Notes under the pieces: generated by a model
Told to the model about the DNA's origin: nothing
The model's input: only the letters and a program-made list of their open reading frames with translations
Database searches by the model: none
In this document: positions 34,658-45,400 of the stretch, in pieces
Numbering within the stretch: position 1 is the stretch's first letter
How the letters are laid out: the number at the start of each line of letters is the position of its first letter
Program-made: the position numbers and the translations under genes
NCBI GenBank assembly: GCA_963814585.1
Contig: CAWFDF010000012.1
Span: 1 to 64,000, forward strand
From: an uncultured delta proteobacterium
Lineage (GTDB): Bacteria; Myxococcota; Myxococcia; Myxococcales; Anaeromyxobacteraceae
DNA length: 64,000 nt
Reading direction: 5' to 3'

Positions 34658-36307
34658 GTGCTCGAGACGGTCGCCAAGGGCTTCAAGGCCGCCCGCAACA
34701 GGCTGAAGGGACGCACCGAGATCACCACCGAGGTGGTGGAGGAGGCGCTCCGCGACATCCGCGTCTCGCTGCTCGAGGCCGACGTCGCCTTCGACGTGGT
34801 GAAGCGCTTCGTGGCCCGCGTCCGCGAGAAGGCGGTCGGCGAGGTGGTCGAGACCCGGGTCAAGACCGCCAGGGGCAAGCTGCAGGTCACGCCCCAGGAC
34901 CACTTCATCAAGATCTGCCATGACGAGCTCGAGGGGCTGATGGGCCCCGTCGACACCTCGCTCCAGCTCCCCGACCGGGCGCTGGCCGGCATCATGCTGG
35001 TCGGCCTGCAGGGCTCCGGCAAGACCACCACCGCCGGCAAGCTGGCCAGCAAGCTCTTGCAGGACGGCAAGAAGCCCTTCCTGGTGGCGGCCGACATCTA
35101 CCGCCCCGCCGCCGTCGAGCAGCTCCAGGTGCTCGGCCGGCAGCTGGGCGTGCCGGTCTTCCACGAGGCCGGGCTGCAGCCGCCCGAGCTCTGCCGCCGC
35201 GCCCGCGAGGCGGCCCAGAAGGCCCACGCCACGGTGGTCATCTACGACACCGCCGGCCGGCTCGCCATCGACGACCAGCTCATGACCGAGCTGGAGCAGA
35301 TCAAGGCGGCGGTGGCGCCGCAGAACATCCTGCTGGTCTGCGACGCCATGATCGGCCAGGACGCGGTCAAGACCGCGGTGGAGTTCGACCGGCGCCTCGA
35401 CCTCTCCGGCTTCGTCCTCACCAAGCTCGACGGCGACGCCCGCGGCGGCGCCGCCCTCTCCATCAAGGAGGTCACCGGCAAGCCCATCAAGTTCCTCGGC
35501 ATGGGCGAGGGGCTGGACCGGCTCGAGGAGTTCCGGCCCGAGGGGCTGGCCAGCCGCATCCTCGGCTTCGGCGACGTGGTCGGGCTGATGAAGGACTTCG
35601 AGCAGCACGTCGACGCCGACCAGGCCGAGGCCGACGCCAAGAAGCTGCTCAGCGGTGACTTCACGCTCGACGACTTCGTCGGGCAGATCCAGCTGGTCCG
35701 CAAGATGGGGCCGCTGGGCGAGCTGATGGAGAAGTTCCCGCTCTTCGGCGACCTGCCCGAGGGGTTCCAGTTCGACGACCAGGCGCTGGGGAAGATCGTG
35801 GCCATGGTCGGCTCGATGACCCGCACCGAGCGGCAGCGGCCGGACACCATCACCGAGCCGCGCCTCAAGCGGATCGCCCGCGGGTCCGGCCGCCCGGAGA
35901 AGGAGGTCAAGAACCTCCTCAAGCAGTACCACGCCATGCGGATGGTGATGAAGCAGGTCGGCTCGGCGCCGGGCCTGCTCTCCCGCCTGCCCGGCGTGAA
36001 GAACCTCATGAACCTGCGGCAGCTGCAGGGCAAGGGGATGGAGGACGTCCTCGGCGCCGACGCCGGCGCCATGGAGCAGGCCATGGGCGGCGGGATGGAC
36101 CAGGCCGCCATGGCCCGGGCCGCCGGGCTCCCCAAGGGCTTCACGCCGCCCATGCCGGCCGGCGCCCTGGCCCGGGCGCGGCTCATGGGCATGTCGCAGG
36201 AGCCGGCCGCGGCGGGCGAGAGCGCCAAGGACCGGGAGGCCCGCATGAAGAAGCGCAAGGCCGAGCGGCAGGCCCGCAAGAAGGCCCGCAAGAAGAACAA
36301 GCGCTGA
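34658..36307 (+). CDS. ffh: Signal recognition particle protein Ffh
   Basis: LLEADV, GLQGSGKTT, DTAGR, TKLDGDARGG, RILGFGD, M-domain SMT..ER..RIARGSG. Confidence 0.95.
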   Translation: MLETVAKGFKAARNRLKGRTEITTEVVEEALRDIRVSLLEADVAFDVVKRFVARVREKAVGEVVETRVKTARGKLQVTPQDHFIKICHDELEGLMGPVDTSLQLPDRALAGIMLVGLQGSGKTTTAGKLASKLLQDGKKPFLVAADIYRPAAVEQLQVLGRQLGVPVFHEAGLQPPELCRRAREAAQKAHATVVIYDTAGRLAIDDQLMTELEQIKAAVAPQNILLVCDAMIGQDAVKTAVEFDRRLDLSGFVLTKLDGDARGGAALSIKEVTGKPIKFLGMGEGLDRLEEFRPEGLASRILGFGDVVGLMKDFEQHVDADQAEADAKKLLSGDFTLDDFVGQIQLVRKMGPLGELMEKFPLFGDLPEGFQFDDQALGKIVAMVGSMTRTERQRPDTITEPRLKRIARGSGRPEKEVKNLLKQYHAMRMVMKQVGSAPGLLSRLPGVKNLMNLRQLQGKGMEDVLGADAGAMEQAMGGGMDQAAMARAAGLPKGFTPPMPAGALARARLMGMSQEPAAAGESAKDREARMKKRKAERQARKKARKKNKR

Positions 36308-36415
36308 GGGCGCCGCTCACCTGGCCTGAACCCTGCCGCGGCGCACGCTGCCTGGCTTCGCCGGACTCGGGCAAGTCGAGGGGCGCCGTGGGCCGGCCCG
36401 TCCCGGCCGGCCCCG

Positions 36416-36619
36416 TCAGCTCCCGTACTCCTCGTCGTCGGCCCCGGCCCCGCCCTGCAGGGCGTCGCGCTGCTCCAGCACGCAGCGCGGGCAGAGCTGG
36501 TTGGGCGGAGGGGCCCCGCTCACCTGGATGGTCGGCCCGACCACGCCGCAGAGCTGGCAGCGCCCCGGCCTGGAGACCTCGCCCTGTCCGAGCGGCCCGT
36601 CCTTGAAGTTCTCCCTCAT
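36416..36619 (-). CDS. Small putative zinc-finger protein
   Basis: MRENFKDG..CQLC..LCPRC; GGAGG RBS; ATGA overlap with the upstream gene. Confidence 0.55.
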   Translation of the reverse strand: MRENFKDGPLGQGEVSRPGRCQLCGVVGPTIQVSGAPPPNQLCPRCVLEQRDALQGGAGADDEEYGS

Positions 36620-37732
36620 GCGCGCCTCCTCCCCTTGACCTGCTTCTTCGGCACCACCAGCCCCCGCGAGAGCCGGCGCAGCACCCGCTGCAGCTGCCGT
36701 CGCTTGTACCGGTCGTGGGAGGAGTCGCCGGCCTCGTTGGACCGGGCAGTGGCGGCGTCCAGCAGCTGGAACTCCACCAGCGCGAAGACCACCCGCCCCA
36801 GCTCGTCGGCGAGGGCCTCGGCCGGCGGCAGCAGCTCGTCCACCCGCACCGGGATGTCGACCACGAAGTTGAGCATCCTGAAGCTCTCGCCGCTGAACTC
36901 GTTGCGCGGGGCCGAGGCCGAGCGCTTCTCGGCGTCGACCGGCAGCTGGAGCTGCGCCGGTGATCGCGTCGCCCTGGGGGTGGCGGCCCAGCAGCTCGCC
37001 GAAGCGCAGGAGCGAGTTGCGGGTCTGTCCCGGCACCCCGTAGTTGAACGGGAAGAGGTACTGGGTGAGGTGCCAGGCCACGCCGGCCAGCTGGTCGCGC
37101 CGCTCGCACACCACCCGGTAGCGGACCCGGTCGAAGACCTGGGCCGCCACCGACTCCTTCTTGGCCAGCAGCTTGGTCACCAGCGACTCGCGGCTCTTCA
37201 CGTTGCCGACGAACTCGACGATCGGCATCCCCATGGCGCGCATGCGCGCGGCCTCGGCCATGACCCGCCGGTGGACCCGCTCGGCCAGGTCGGCCTCGCG
37301 GATGGGGGTCCGGAAGAGCAGCTCGCGGGCCTCGAGGTGGTGGATGACGTGCATCACCTTGAGCACCACGCAGGCGATGCGCCGGTGGCGGACCGGCTCG
37401 GCCACGCCCGAGGCCAGCAGGAAGAGGCGGCGCAGGTCGTCGGGCTCGGCCACCGACGCGGCCACCCGGTAGCCGAACTCGTTGCGCAGGTACTCGACCG
37501 CCTGCGCCAGCACCGCGCGCAGCCGGCGCTCGTCGCGGGGGTCCGCGCGGTCGAAGAGGTTGAGGCGGAGGAAGGCGTCCACCTCCTCCGGTCCCTTGAA
37601 GTTGAGCCGGCGCCAGTCGATCACCGAGCCGCCGCGCAGCAGGAGGCGCAGCGCCTCCAGCTCGGCCACCCCCATCGACTCCAGGGGCCGGCACGGCCCG
37701 CGGGCCCCTGCCGGCATCGGGTCCTGGCTCAT
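36616..37732 (-). CDS. TIGR04552-like myxobacterial protein with a frameshift near 36958
   Basis: LLLRGGSVIDWRRL..KLLAKKE..FPFNY continues, after a one-base shift, into NEFSGESFRMLNFVVD..EFQLLD..SHDRYKRRQ. Confidence 0.75.
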
Positions 37733-37763
37733 GTCGCCGCCCTCCCCGGCTCCGAGGCGAGTG

Positions 37764-39455
37764 CTAGAACGAGAACGGGAAGGTGACCGACTGGCCCTTG
37801 GGATCGCCGACGCGAGGGAAGCGGATCCCCTTCACCACGCCGCTGATGCACTGGGCGAACGGGCTGGCGGCGTACTCCGGCGTGATGCAGCGGACGTCGC
37901 GCGGGGTGCCGTCGGCCTGGATGATCCAGGCCACCTTCATGGTCCCGTGGGCGCCCGGATCGCGCGCCTGCTGCTCGGCGAGGCACCGCTTGAGCCCGTC
38001 GAGGTGGAGCCGGACCGACTCGTTGATCTGTCCCTCGCTGAGCCGGTCGGGCGTGGCGGCGGCCCCACCCGCGGCCGGCGGCACGTAGACCTTCCGCCCG
38101 CTGGTGCCGGTGCCGAGCGCCGCGGCGAGGTCGTCGTCGGCCCCCTGGTCGAAGTCGAGCAGGCCGTCCTTCTTCTTCGGCGCCGGCTTCTCGGCGGCCG
38201 GCGGAGCAGCGGCTGGCTTCTCCGCCGCCTTGGCGGCTACCGGCGCCGGCGCCACCGGACGGGCCGGACGGGCCGCAGGGGCCTTCGCCTTCTTCGGCGG
38301 CGCGACCTCGGCGGGCTTCGCCGGTGAGGGCGCCGGCTCGGGGGCCGGGGCGGCCGCCACCGGCGCCTCGGCCACCACGTTGGTGGCGGCAGCGGGCGCG
38401 GGGGTGGGGGCCGGCTCCACGGGGGCCGGCGCGGCGACCGGCGGCGGGGCGGGCGGCTGCATCGCCACCGGCGTTGGCGGCGTGGCCGGCCCGGACGGCT
38501 TCATGGCGAACTGGACCCAGGCGAAGGCGCCACCGGCGATCACCACCACCAGCAGCACGGCGGCCACCACCACGGTCCGCATGGTCCGCTTGTGGCGCAG
38601 CTCCTGGGCGCCGAGGGCCACCGAGGAGCGCCGGACCGGGCGCTCGTCGGTCTTCTCCATCGCCTTGATCGGCAGGGGGAGCGCGCCGGTCGGATCGACG
38701 CCGCCCGAGTCGGGCAGCTGCTCCATGAGGGAGCGGGGCGCGGCCGGCGCGGCGGCGGGCGGCGGGGCCCGTGACGCCAGCTCCTCGCTGGCCAGCGCGG
38801 CCAGCGCGCCGGCGCCCGCGGGCTTCCACTCCACCTCCGGGGCGGGCGCGGCCGGCCGGGCCTGGGCGGGGCCCTGGCGCGCGGCGCCGGAACCGGCGAG
38901 CGCCGAGGCCGGTGCAGCCGGGGGCGCGGTCGGCTGGGGCACCGGGGCCAGGAACGCGGCCAGCTCCGGTACGGCCGAGAGCGGCCCCCACTCGGCCATC
39001 CCGGGACGCCAGACCAGCGAGTCGGGGCCGATGTCGCCGGCCTCCCAGCGCTTCTTCACCTCGGCGGGCGGCAGCGGGCCGACCTGCGCCTCACCGATGG
39101 CGACGTACCACTCCAGCTTCGCCGGAGCCGGGGCGGCCTGCGCCACCTCCGGCGTCGCGCCCGTGGCCGCGGGCGCAGCGGCCGGGGCCGACGGCTTGTC
39201 GCCGAAGGCCTGGTCGAACGCGGAGCCGAGCTCCTCGTCGAGCCCCGGCGCCGCGGCAGGCGCGGTTGCAGGCGCGGCGGCGGGCGTGGCGGCGGGCGCG
39301 ACCCGCTCGAGGACCGGCGCCGGCGGCGCCTCCCCGACCCGCCGGACCGTGATCTGGTTCTGGCACTTCTTGCAGCGGACCTTGACCCCGCTCGGACCGA
39401 CCTTCTCGTCGGAGATCGTGTAGGCCGTGCCGCAGCTTTCGCAGGTGAATTTCAT
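37764..39455 (-). CDS. gltJ: Gliding motility protein GltJ/AgmX (zinc ribbon, GYF_2, TM, TonB-C-like)
   Basis: CESC..CKKC, WYVAIGEAQVGP..LVWRPGMAEW, one TM, C-terminal ..FPF; position in the cluster. Confidence 0.85.
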   Translation of the reverse strand: MKFTCESCGTAYTISDEKVGPSGVKVRCKKCQNQITVRRVGEAPPAPVLERVAPAATPAAAPATAPAAAPGLDEELGSAFDQAFGDKPSAPAAAPAATGATPEVAQAAPAPAKLEWYVAIGEAQVGPLPPAEVKKRWEAGDIGPDSLVWRPGMAEWGPLSAVPELAAFLAPVPQPTAPPAAPASALAGSGAARQGPAQARPAAPAPEVEWKPAGAGALAALASEELASRAPPPAAAPAAPRSLMEQLPDSGGVDPTGALPLPIKAMEKTDERPVRRSSVALGAQELRHKRTMRTVVVAAVLLVVVIAGGAFAWVQFAMKPSGPATPPTPVAMQPPAPPPVAAPAPVEPAPTPAPAAATNVVAEAPVAAAPAPEPAPSPAKPAEVAPPKKAKAPAARPARPVAPAPVAAKAAEKPAAAPPAAEKPAPKKKDGLLDFDQGADDDLAAALGTGTSGRKVYVPPAAGGAAATPDRLSEGQINESVRLHLDGLKRCLAEQQARDPGAHGTMKVAWIIQADGTPRDVRCITPEYAASPFAQCISGVVKGIRFPRVGDPKGQSVTFPFSF

Positions 39456-39462
39456 GGCACGC

Positions 39463-42400
39463 TCAGGCGGGCGTCACGGCCGCGAGGCCGAGCTGTTCCC
39501 GGAGTTCTGCATAATCCTCCGAGATGCAGAAGTTCGATAGATCCTTCAGCTTCGTCTCGTCGCGCAGCTTGGAGACCTGCGCCTTCTCGCCCAGCACGCC
39601 CCGCCGCACGATCTCCAGGTCGGCGGCCAGGAGCGCCCCCACCCGGTTGGAGGTGAGCTCGGCGCCGTCCAGGTAGGCGCGCACGTCGCCGGGGTGCTGG
39701 ACCTCGCAGTACTGGCGCGCCAGCAGCTTGAGCGTGTTGGCGCGGACCTTCTCCGGGAGCACCTTCTCCAGCTCGGTCTTCAGCTTGGCGACCAGGTGGG
39801 AGTCGGCGGTGACCACGAACTTCGACGTGCCCACGCTGCAGGCCGCCTGGAAGACCAGGTCGAGCTGGTCGTGGGGCATGAGCCTCGCCATGTAGAGCTC
39901 GGGCCGCCGGAAGGCCAGCGCCTTGCCGAGCGCGAACCAGAGCTCCTTCTTGGGCCGGTCGGAGAAGAGCTCCTCCGCCACCAGCACGCCCGGCGGCTCG
40001 GTCGGCACCAGCTGCAGCCGGCAGGGGACCTCGGCGCGCCGGAAGAGCCGCAGCGGCTCGACCCCCAGGGTGCGGGCCACGTACTTGAACATGTTGACCA
40101 GGAACAGCATCGAGCCGGGGACGTCCACCTCGTCCTTCTTGACGTTGATCCCCAGCTCCTTCGGGCTCTGCACGAACATGGGGCGGGCGTGGAGGGCCAG
40201 CAGCGCCATGACGTCGGCCAGCGGGCCGCGCAGCCGCTCGTGGAGCAGGCGCCCCCAGTGCGTGTCGTCGAGGGGGCGCGCCGCCTGGTCGCGCGCGAAC
40301 TTGCGCAGCCGCGCCACCACCGCCACGTCCTCGGGCGTGGCCTGCCCCGCCAGGTGGACCAGCACCTGCGCCGCCGAGTAGGCCCGGTCGTACTGCTTGC
40401 GGGTGGCGTGGAGCGAGACCAGCGCGCCCAGTGCCTTCTGCGGCTTGGCCCCCAGCTTGAGGAGCTGGCGGTAGGCCTGCGTCGCCTCGGCCTCCTGCCC
40501 CGGGGTCCGCGCCGAGAGGTCGGCGTACAGCTCCACCGCCACCGCGTCCTCGGGATCGGCGCGCGACACCACCTGGTAGGCCATGCGGGCGCCGTCGTCG
40601 CTCTTGAGCACGTTGCGGTAGAGGTCGCCGAGCGTCTTCCAGAGGGCCAGCCGCGCCGGGGCGGCGTCGGCGGACTTGGGGAGGCGCTGCACCATGCGCA
40701 GGTAGGCCTGCTCCAGCTCGGCCCAGCGCTTCCCCCGGCCCAGCACCTGCTCGATCCAGGCGAACGCCTGGGGGAGCCGCGGGTTGAGGTCGAGCGCCTT
40801 CTCGAACTGAGCCAGCGCCCCGGCCTCGTCCTTCACCTCGTCGCGCAGGATCTCGGCCAGCAGGACGTGGAGCCTGGCGGCGCGGGGCGGATCGGCCTGC
40901 ACCTCGGGCCGGGCGATGATCTGCGCCAGCACGTCGGCCGCCTTCTGACCCTGCCGCGTCTCGCGGTAGAGGGCCAGCAGCGCCTCGGTGACCGGCGCGT
41001 CGGTCGGGTCGAGCCGGGAGGCGCCCAGGAGGGCGTCGATGGCCTGGTAGGGATCCTTGAGGTGGTCGCGGCAGGCCTGCCCGATGGCCACCAGGGCCTC
41101 GAAGCGGGCCCGCCCCTCCAGCGCCGGCAAGAGGCGCTGGCGCTGCTCCACCGCCCCCTCCCAGTCACCGGCCGCCTCCAGCAGCCGGATCAGGCTGCGG
41201 CGCGAGGGCTCGTGGCCGCCGTCCAGCTCCAGCGCCTTCTTGAAGCTGCCGATGGCGCGGTCGGGCTGCTGCAGCTTCTCCGCCACCTCGCCGATCTGCC
41301 AGTGGGTCTCCACCACCTCCAGGTCGGTGAGCTGGTCACGGTGGTGGATGATGATGGCGGTGAAGATCCGCAGCGCCTCCTCGAACAGCCCCTCCGCCAC
41401 CAGCAGGTTGCCCAGCCCCTCCAGCGCCGGCAGGTAGGTGGCGTCGAGCTCGTAGGCGCGCCGGTAGCTCCGCAGCGCCTGGTCGCGCTGCCCGAGCTTC
41501 TCGGCCACGTAGCCCTGCCGGTAGCTCTGGCGGCAGAGCTCCTTGGCGTCGCCGCCGCCCTCCAGGGACCGGACGATGGACTCCAGCACGCGGGCCGCGT
41601 CCGTCCAGCGCTGCAGGCCGACGTAGAGGTCCGAGAGCGGTCGAGCCGCCGGCAGGTGGCCCGGCACGAGCTTCAGGGCCTCCTCGTAGGCGCGCGCCGC
41701 CCCCTCGCGATCGTCGCGCTCCTCCTGGAGGATCCGCCCCACCTCGGTCCAGCGGTCGGCCCGCTGCGCCTCGTCCTCGGCGTAGCGCGCCTCGGCCGTG
41801 AGCAGCTCGAGGTAGCCGTCGCGGTTCCCTTCCCGCTCGGCGATCCCCTTCATGGCCCGCAGCGCCGGCAGGCAGCCCGGGTCCAGCGCCAGCGCCTTGC
41901 CGTAGGCCTCCCTGGCCGCGCCGAGGTCGAGCAGCATGTCCTCGTCGATGGCGCCGATGCGGACGTAGATCTCGACCGCGTCGGGGCTGGCGCCCGCGAT
42001 GCGGCCCTCGCGCTGCAGCATCTCCAGCGCCAGGTTCCAGTTGCCGCTGCGCTCGTAGAGCCGGCCCAGGGCCGCCACCGCCTGCCGCGACTCGGGGTCG
42101 AGCTGGATGGCCCGGGTGAAGGTGGCCTCGGCCCGGTCGACGCGCGACATCTCCTTCCACCAGACGTCGCCGATGCTCACCATCAGCGCCACCTGCTCCT
42201 TGCGATCGGTGAGCAGGTCGAGGTGGTGCGCCATGACGGTCAGCAGCCGGTCGAAGAGCCCCTGCTCCCGGTAGAGCCGCTCCAGCGCCTTGATGGCCGG
42301 GATGTTGCCGCCCTCGATGCGGAGGATGGCCTCGTTCTGCTGCGTGGCCCGCGCCGGGTCGTGCATCTTCTCCTCGAAGATGCCGGCGCTCCGGGCCAGG

Positions 42401-45400
42401 ACGCGGACCTGCTCGGCCGGATCGGTGGAGAGCTGGACCTGCCGCTCGTAGACGCGGTTCAGCTCGGCGAACCGGTCGAGCTTGGTGTAGAGCCGCTCCA
42501 GCCCGGCCAGCGCCGCGGCGTTCCGGTCGTCGAGCCCGAGCACGGTCCGGTAGTCCTCCACCGCGGCCTCGTCGTCGCCGATCTCGTTCTCGTCGAGGCC
42601 GGCGATCTGCAGCTGCCAGCCGAGGCGGGCGGCGTCGTCGCCGGCCAGGTCTCGCGCCCGGGACAGCACCGCGGCCAGCTCGCCCCATCGGTGCTCGCGC
42701 CGGAAGATGGCCGCCAGCGCCTCGAGCGCGGCCGGGTCGCCGCCGTCCAGCTCGAGGATCCGCCGGAGCGCGGTCACCGCCTCGTCGACGTCGTGGAGCA
42801 CGCCGTCGTAGAGGCGCGAGACCTCCAGCAGCAGCCCCTTCTTCTCGTCGAGCCCGGCCGCCGACTCCAGCTTCTGCTCGATGGTGATCACCAGCTCCTG
42901 GATGCGGCCGCGGCGCTTGAAGAAGTCGGCCAGCGCGTCGAGGACCTCGGGGTTGGCCGGGTCGGCCTCGAGCGCCCGCCGGATGGCGTTCTCCGCCCCC
43001 TCGGCGTCGTCGAGCGGCGGGGCGTCGAGCAGCTGCCCCAGCTTGAGCAGCAACCTGGCCCGCACCATGCCCCGGGCCTTGTCGGCGGCGTCCTCGATCA
43101 CCACCGCCAGGGTGTCCTGGTCCTTGCCCTCGTGGGCCAGCCGCCAGCACTCCGAGAGCGCCTGCTCGTCGCCCGGGGCCTCGCCGAGCACGCGGTTCCA
43201 GGCCAGCGAGGCCATGTGCTTCTCGCCGAGCCGCTGCTCCCGGAGGACCGCGACCTCCTTCAGCAGCGCCAGCCGCTCCTCCGGATCGGCGTGCGGCGCG
43301 AAGAGCAGGCAGAGATCGGCGTAGGCCCGCCAGTTGCCGGCGGCGGCGTGGAGGTCCCGCAGCTGCAGGAAGGCCGGCCGGTTCCCGGCGTCGAGCGCCA
43401 GCACCTTCTCCAGGGCCGAGGCCGCCGCGTCGGGCCGCTTCTGCACGGCCCAGAGCTCGGCCACCGCCAGCCAGGCCGGGATGGCCTCGGCCGGCCCACC
43501 GCTCTGCGCCAGGGCCGCGGCGCGCGCCTCGGCGGCGCGGATGCCGTCGGCGGCCGCGCCCGCCGTCCGGAAGACCTCCTCGATCCGGACCAGCTCCTCG
43601 ATGCCGTGGGGCTCGATGCCGAAGGCCAGCTTCGCCTGCTCCACCGCCGCCAGCTTCTGCCCGGCCCGCACCAGCACCTCGGCCAGCTCGAGCCGGATCC
43701 GCTTCACGCCGGCCGGCTCCTCCTGCCGGGGGATGAGCTGGCGCAGCGTCCCGGCCAGCCCCTCCAGGTCCCCCTGCGCCGCGTAGATGTCTCGCAGCGA
43801 CTCCAGCGCGCGCTTGTTGGACGAGTCGGAGGCCAGCACCGCCTTGTAGGACTGGATGGCCTGCGCCGGGTCGCCCAGCTTCACGCCCATGAGCCAGCCC
43901 AGCTTGTCGTTGAGCCGGGTCACCTCGCGCCGGTCCACGGTGGCGCCGATGCAGACGCGCAGGTGCGCCGCCAGCTCGCTCCACCGCTCCAGCTGCTGCA
44001 GCAGCTGCTCGAGGGCCGCCAGCGCCTCCTCGTGGCGGGCCCGCAGCGCCAGCACCGCGCGCCAGAGCTCGACCGCCTCCTCGGGGCGCCCCAGCTCGGT
44101 GGCCAGCGTCGCCTGCCTGGCCAGCAGCCGCTCGCGCGTGGCGCCGTCGTTCACCACCGCCCGCTGCGCCGCCAGGTTGTCGAACAGCTCGGCCTTGCGG
44201 CCGGCCGCCTCGTAGAGCTGCTCCAGCGCCTGCAGCGACGGCAGGTGGCGCGGATCGACCGCCAGGGCCTGCTCGTAGGCCCGGGCCGCCTGGTCGGGCG
44301 CCGCCAGCCGTTCCTCGCAGAGCCGGCCGAGCCGGTAGAGGTACGGCACCCGATCGCCGCCGATCGCCTCCAGGGCCAGCGCCTGCAGCACCCCGGCCAG
44401 GGCCGGCCAGTCCTCGAGGCGCTGGTGGAGCCGCTCCAGCGCCGGGAGCGCCACCCTCGAGGTGGTGGGGTCGAGGGACCAGGCCCGCTGGTACCACTGG
44501 GCCGCCTGCGGCGGGCCGTCGAGCTGCTCCTCGTGGAGCCGCCCCAGCACCAGCGCCGCCGCGGCCATGGGGGCCGGCGGGAGCTTGTCGATCTCGTCCT
44601 CGTAGAGCGCCGCCAGCTCCTCGTACTGGCCGGTCCTGGCCGCCAGCGCCTCGATCCGGGCGCGCAGGGCGTCGTCGGCCGGATCGTCGCGGAAGGCGCG
44701 GGAGAGGGCCACGAAGGCCAGCTCGGGCTCCGCCAGCGGCCCGGTGCGCAGGTCGGCCAGCTGCATCCAGAGGGCCTTGCGCTCCTGCCGATCGGGCCTG
44801 GACGAGGCCCGGGTCTCCAGCGCCGCCGCCTGCTGCCGGTGATCGCCGGCCGCGGCGTAGGCCGTCTCCAGCGCCTGCGCGGCGCGCGCGTTCCCGGGAT
44901 CCTTCTCCAGCATGGCGGCGAGCCGGGCCAGGGTCTCCGGGGCGTCGGGACGCGAGGCCAGCACCTCCTCGTAGAGGGCCAGCGCCCCCTCGCGGTCGAG
45001 CAGGCGCGTCTCCTTCAGCTCGCCCAGCCGCTGGCCGAGGACCCGCACGGCCTGGCCGTCGCCGGCCTGCCGCGCCGCCGCCAGCTCGCGGGCCAGCAGG
45101 TCGCCCAGCTCCACCCAGCGCTCGCCCGCCACGTGTAGCCGATCGAGCCGGGCCATGGCCTCCCGGTTCCCCGGGGCCAGCTCCAGCAGCCGCTTCAACG
45201 TGGCCGCGGCCCCGGCCGGATCGCCCAGCCGCTCCTCCTGCAGCACGGCCAGGTCGGCCAGCAGGCTGGCCCGGGCCTCGGGCCGCTCGGCCAGCGCCAG
45301 CGCCCGGCGCAGCGCCTTCTCCAGCGCCTCGGCGTTCGTGCCGCCGCGCAGGGTGTCGAGCAGGCCGGCGCTGGCCTCGCGATCCTCCGGGGCCAGCTCC

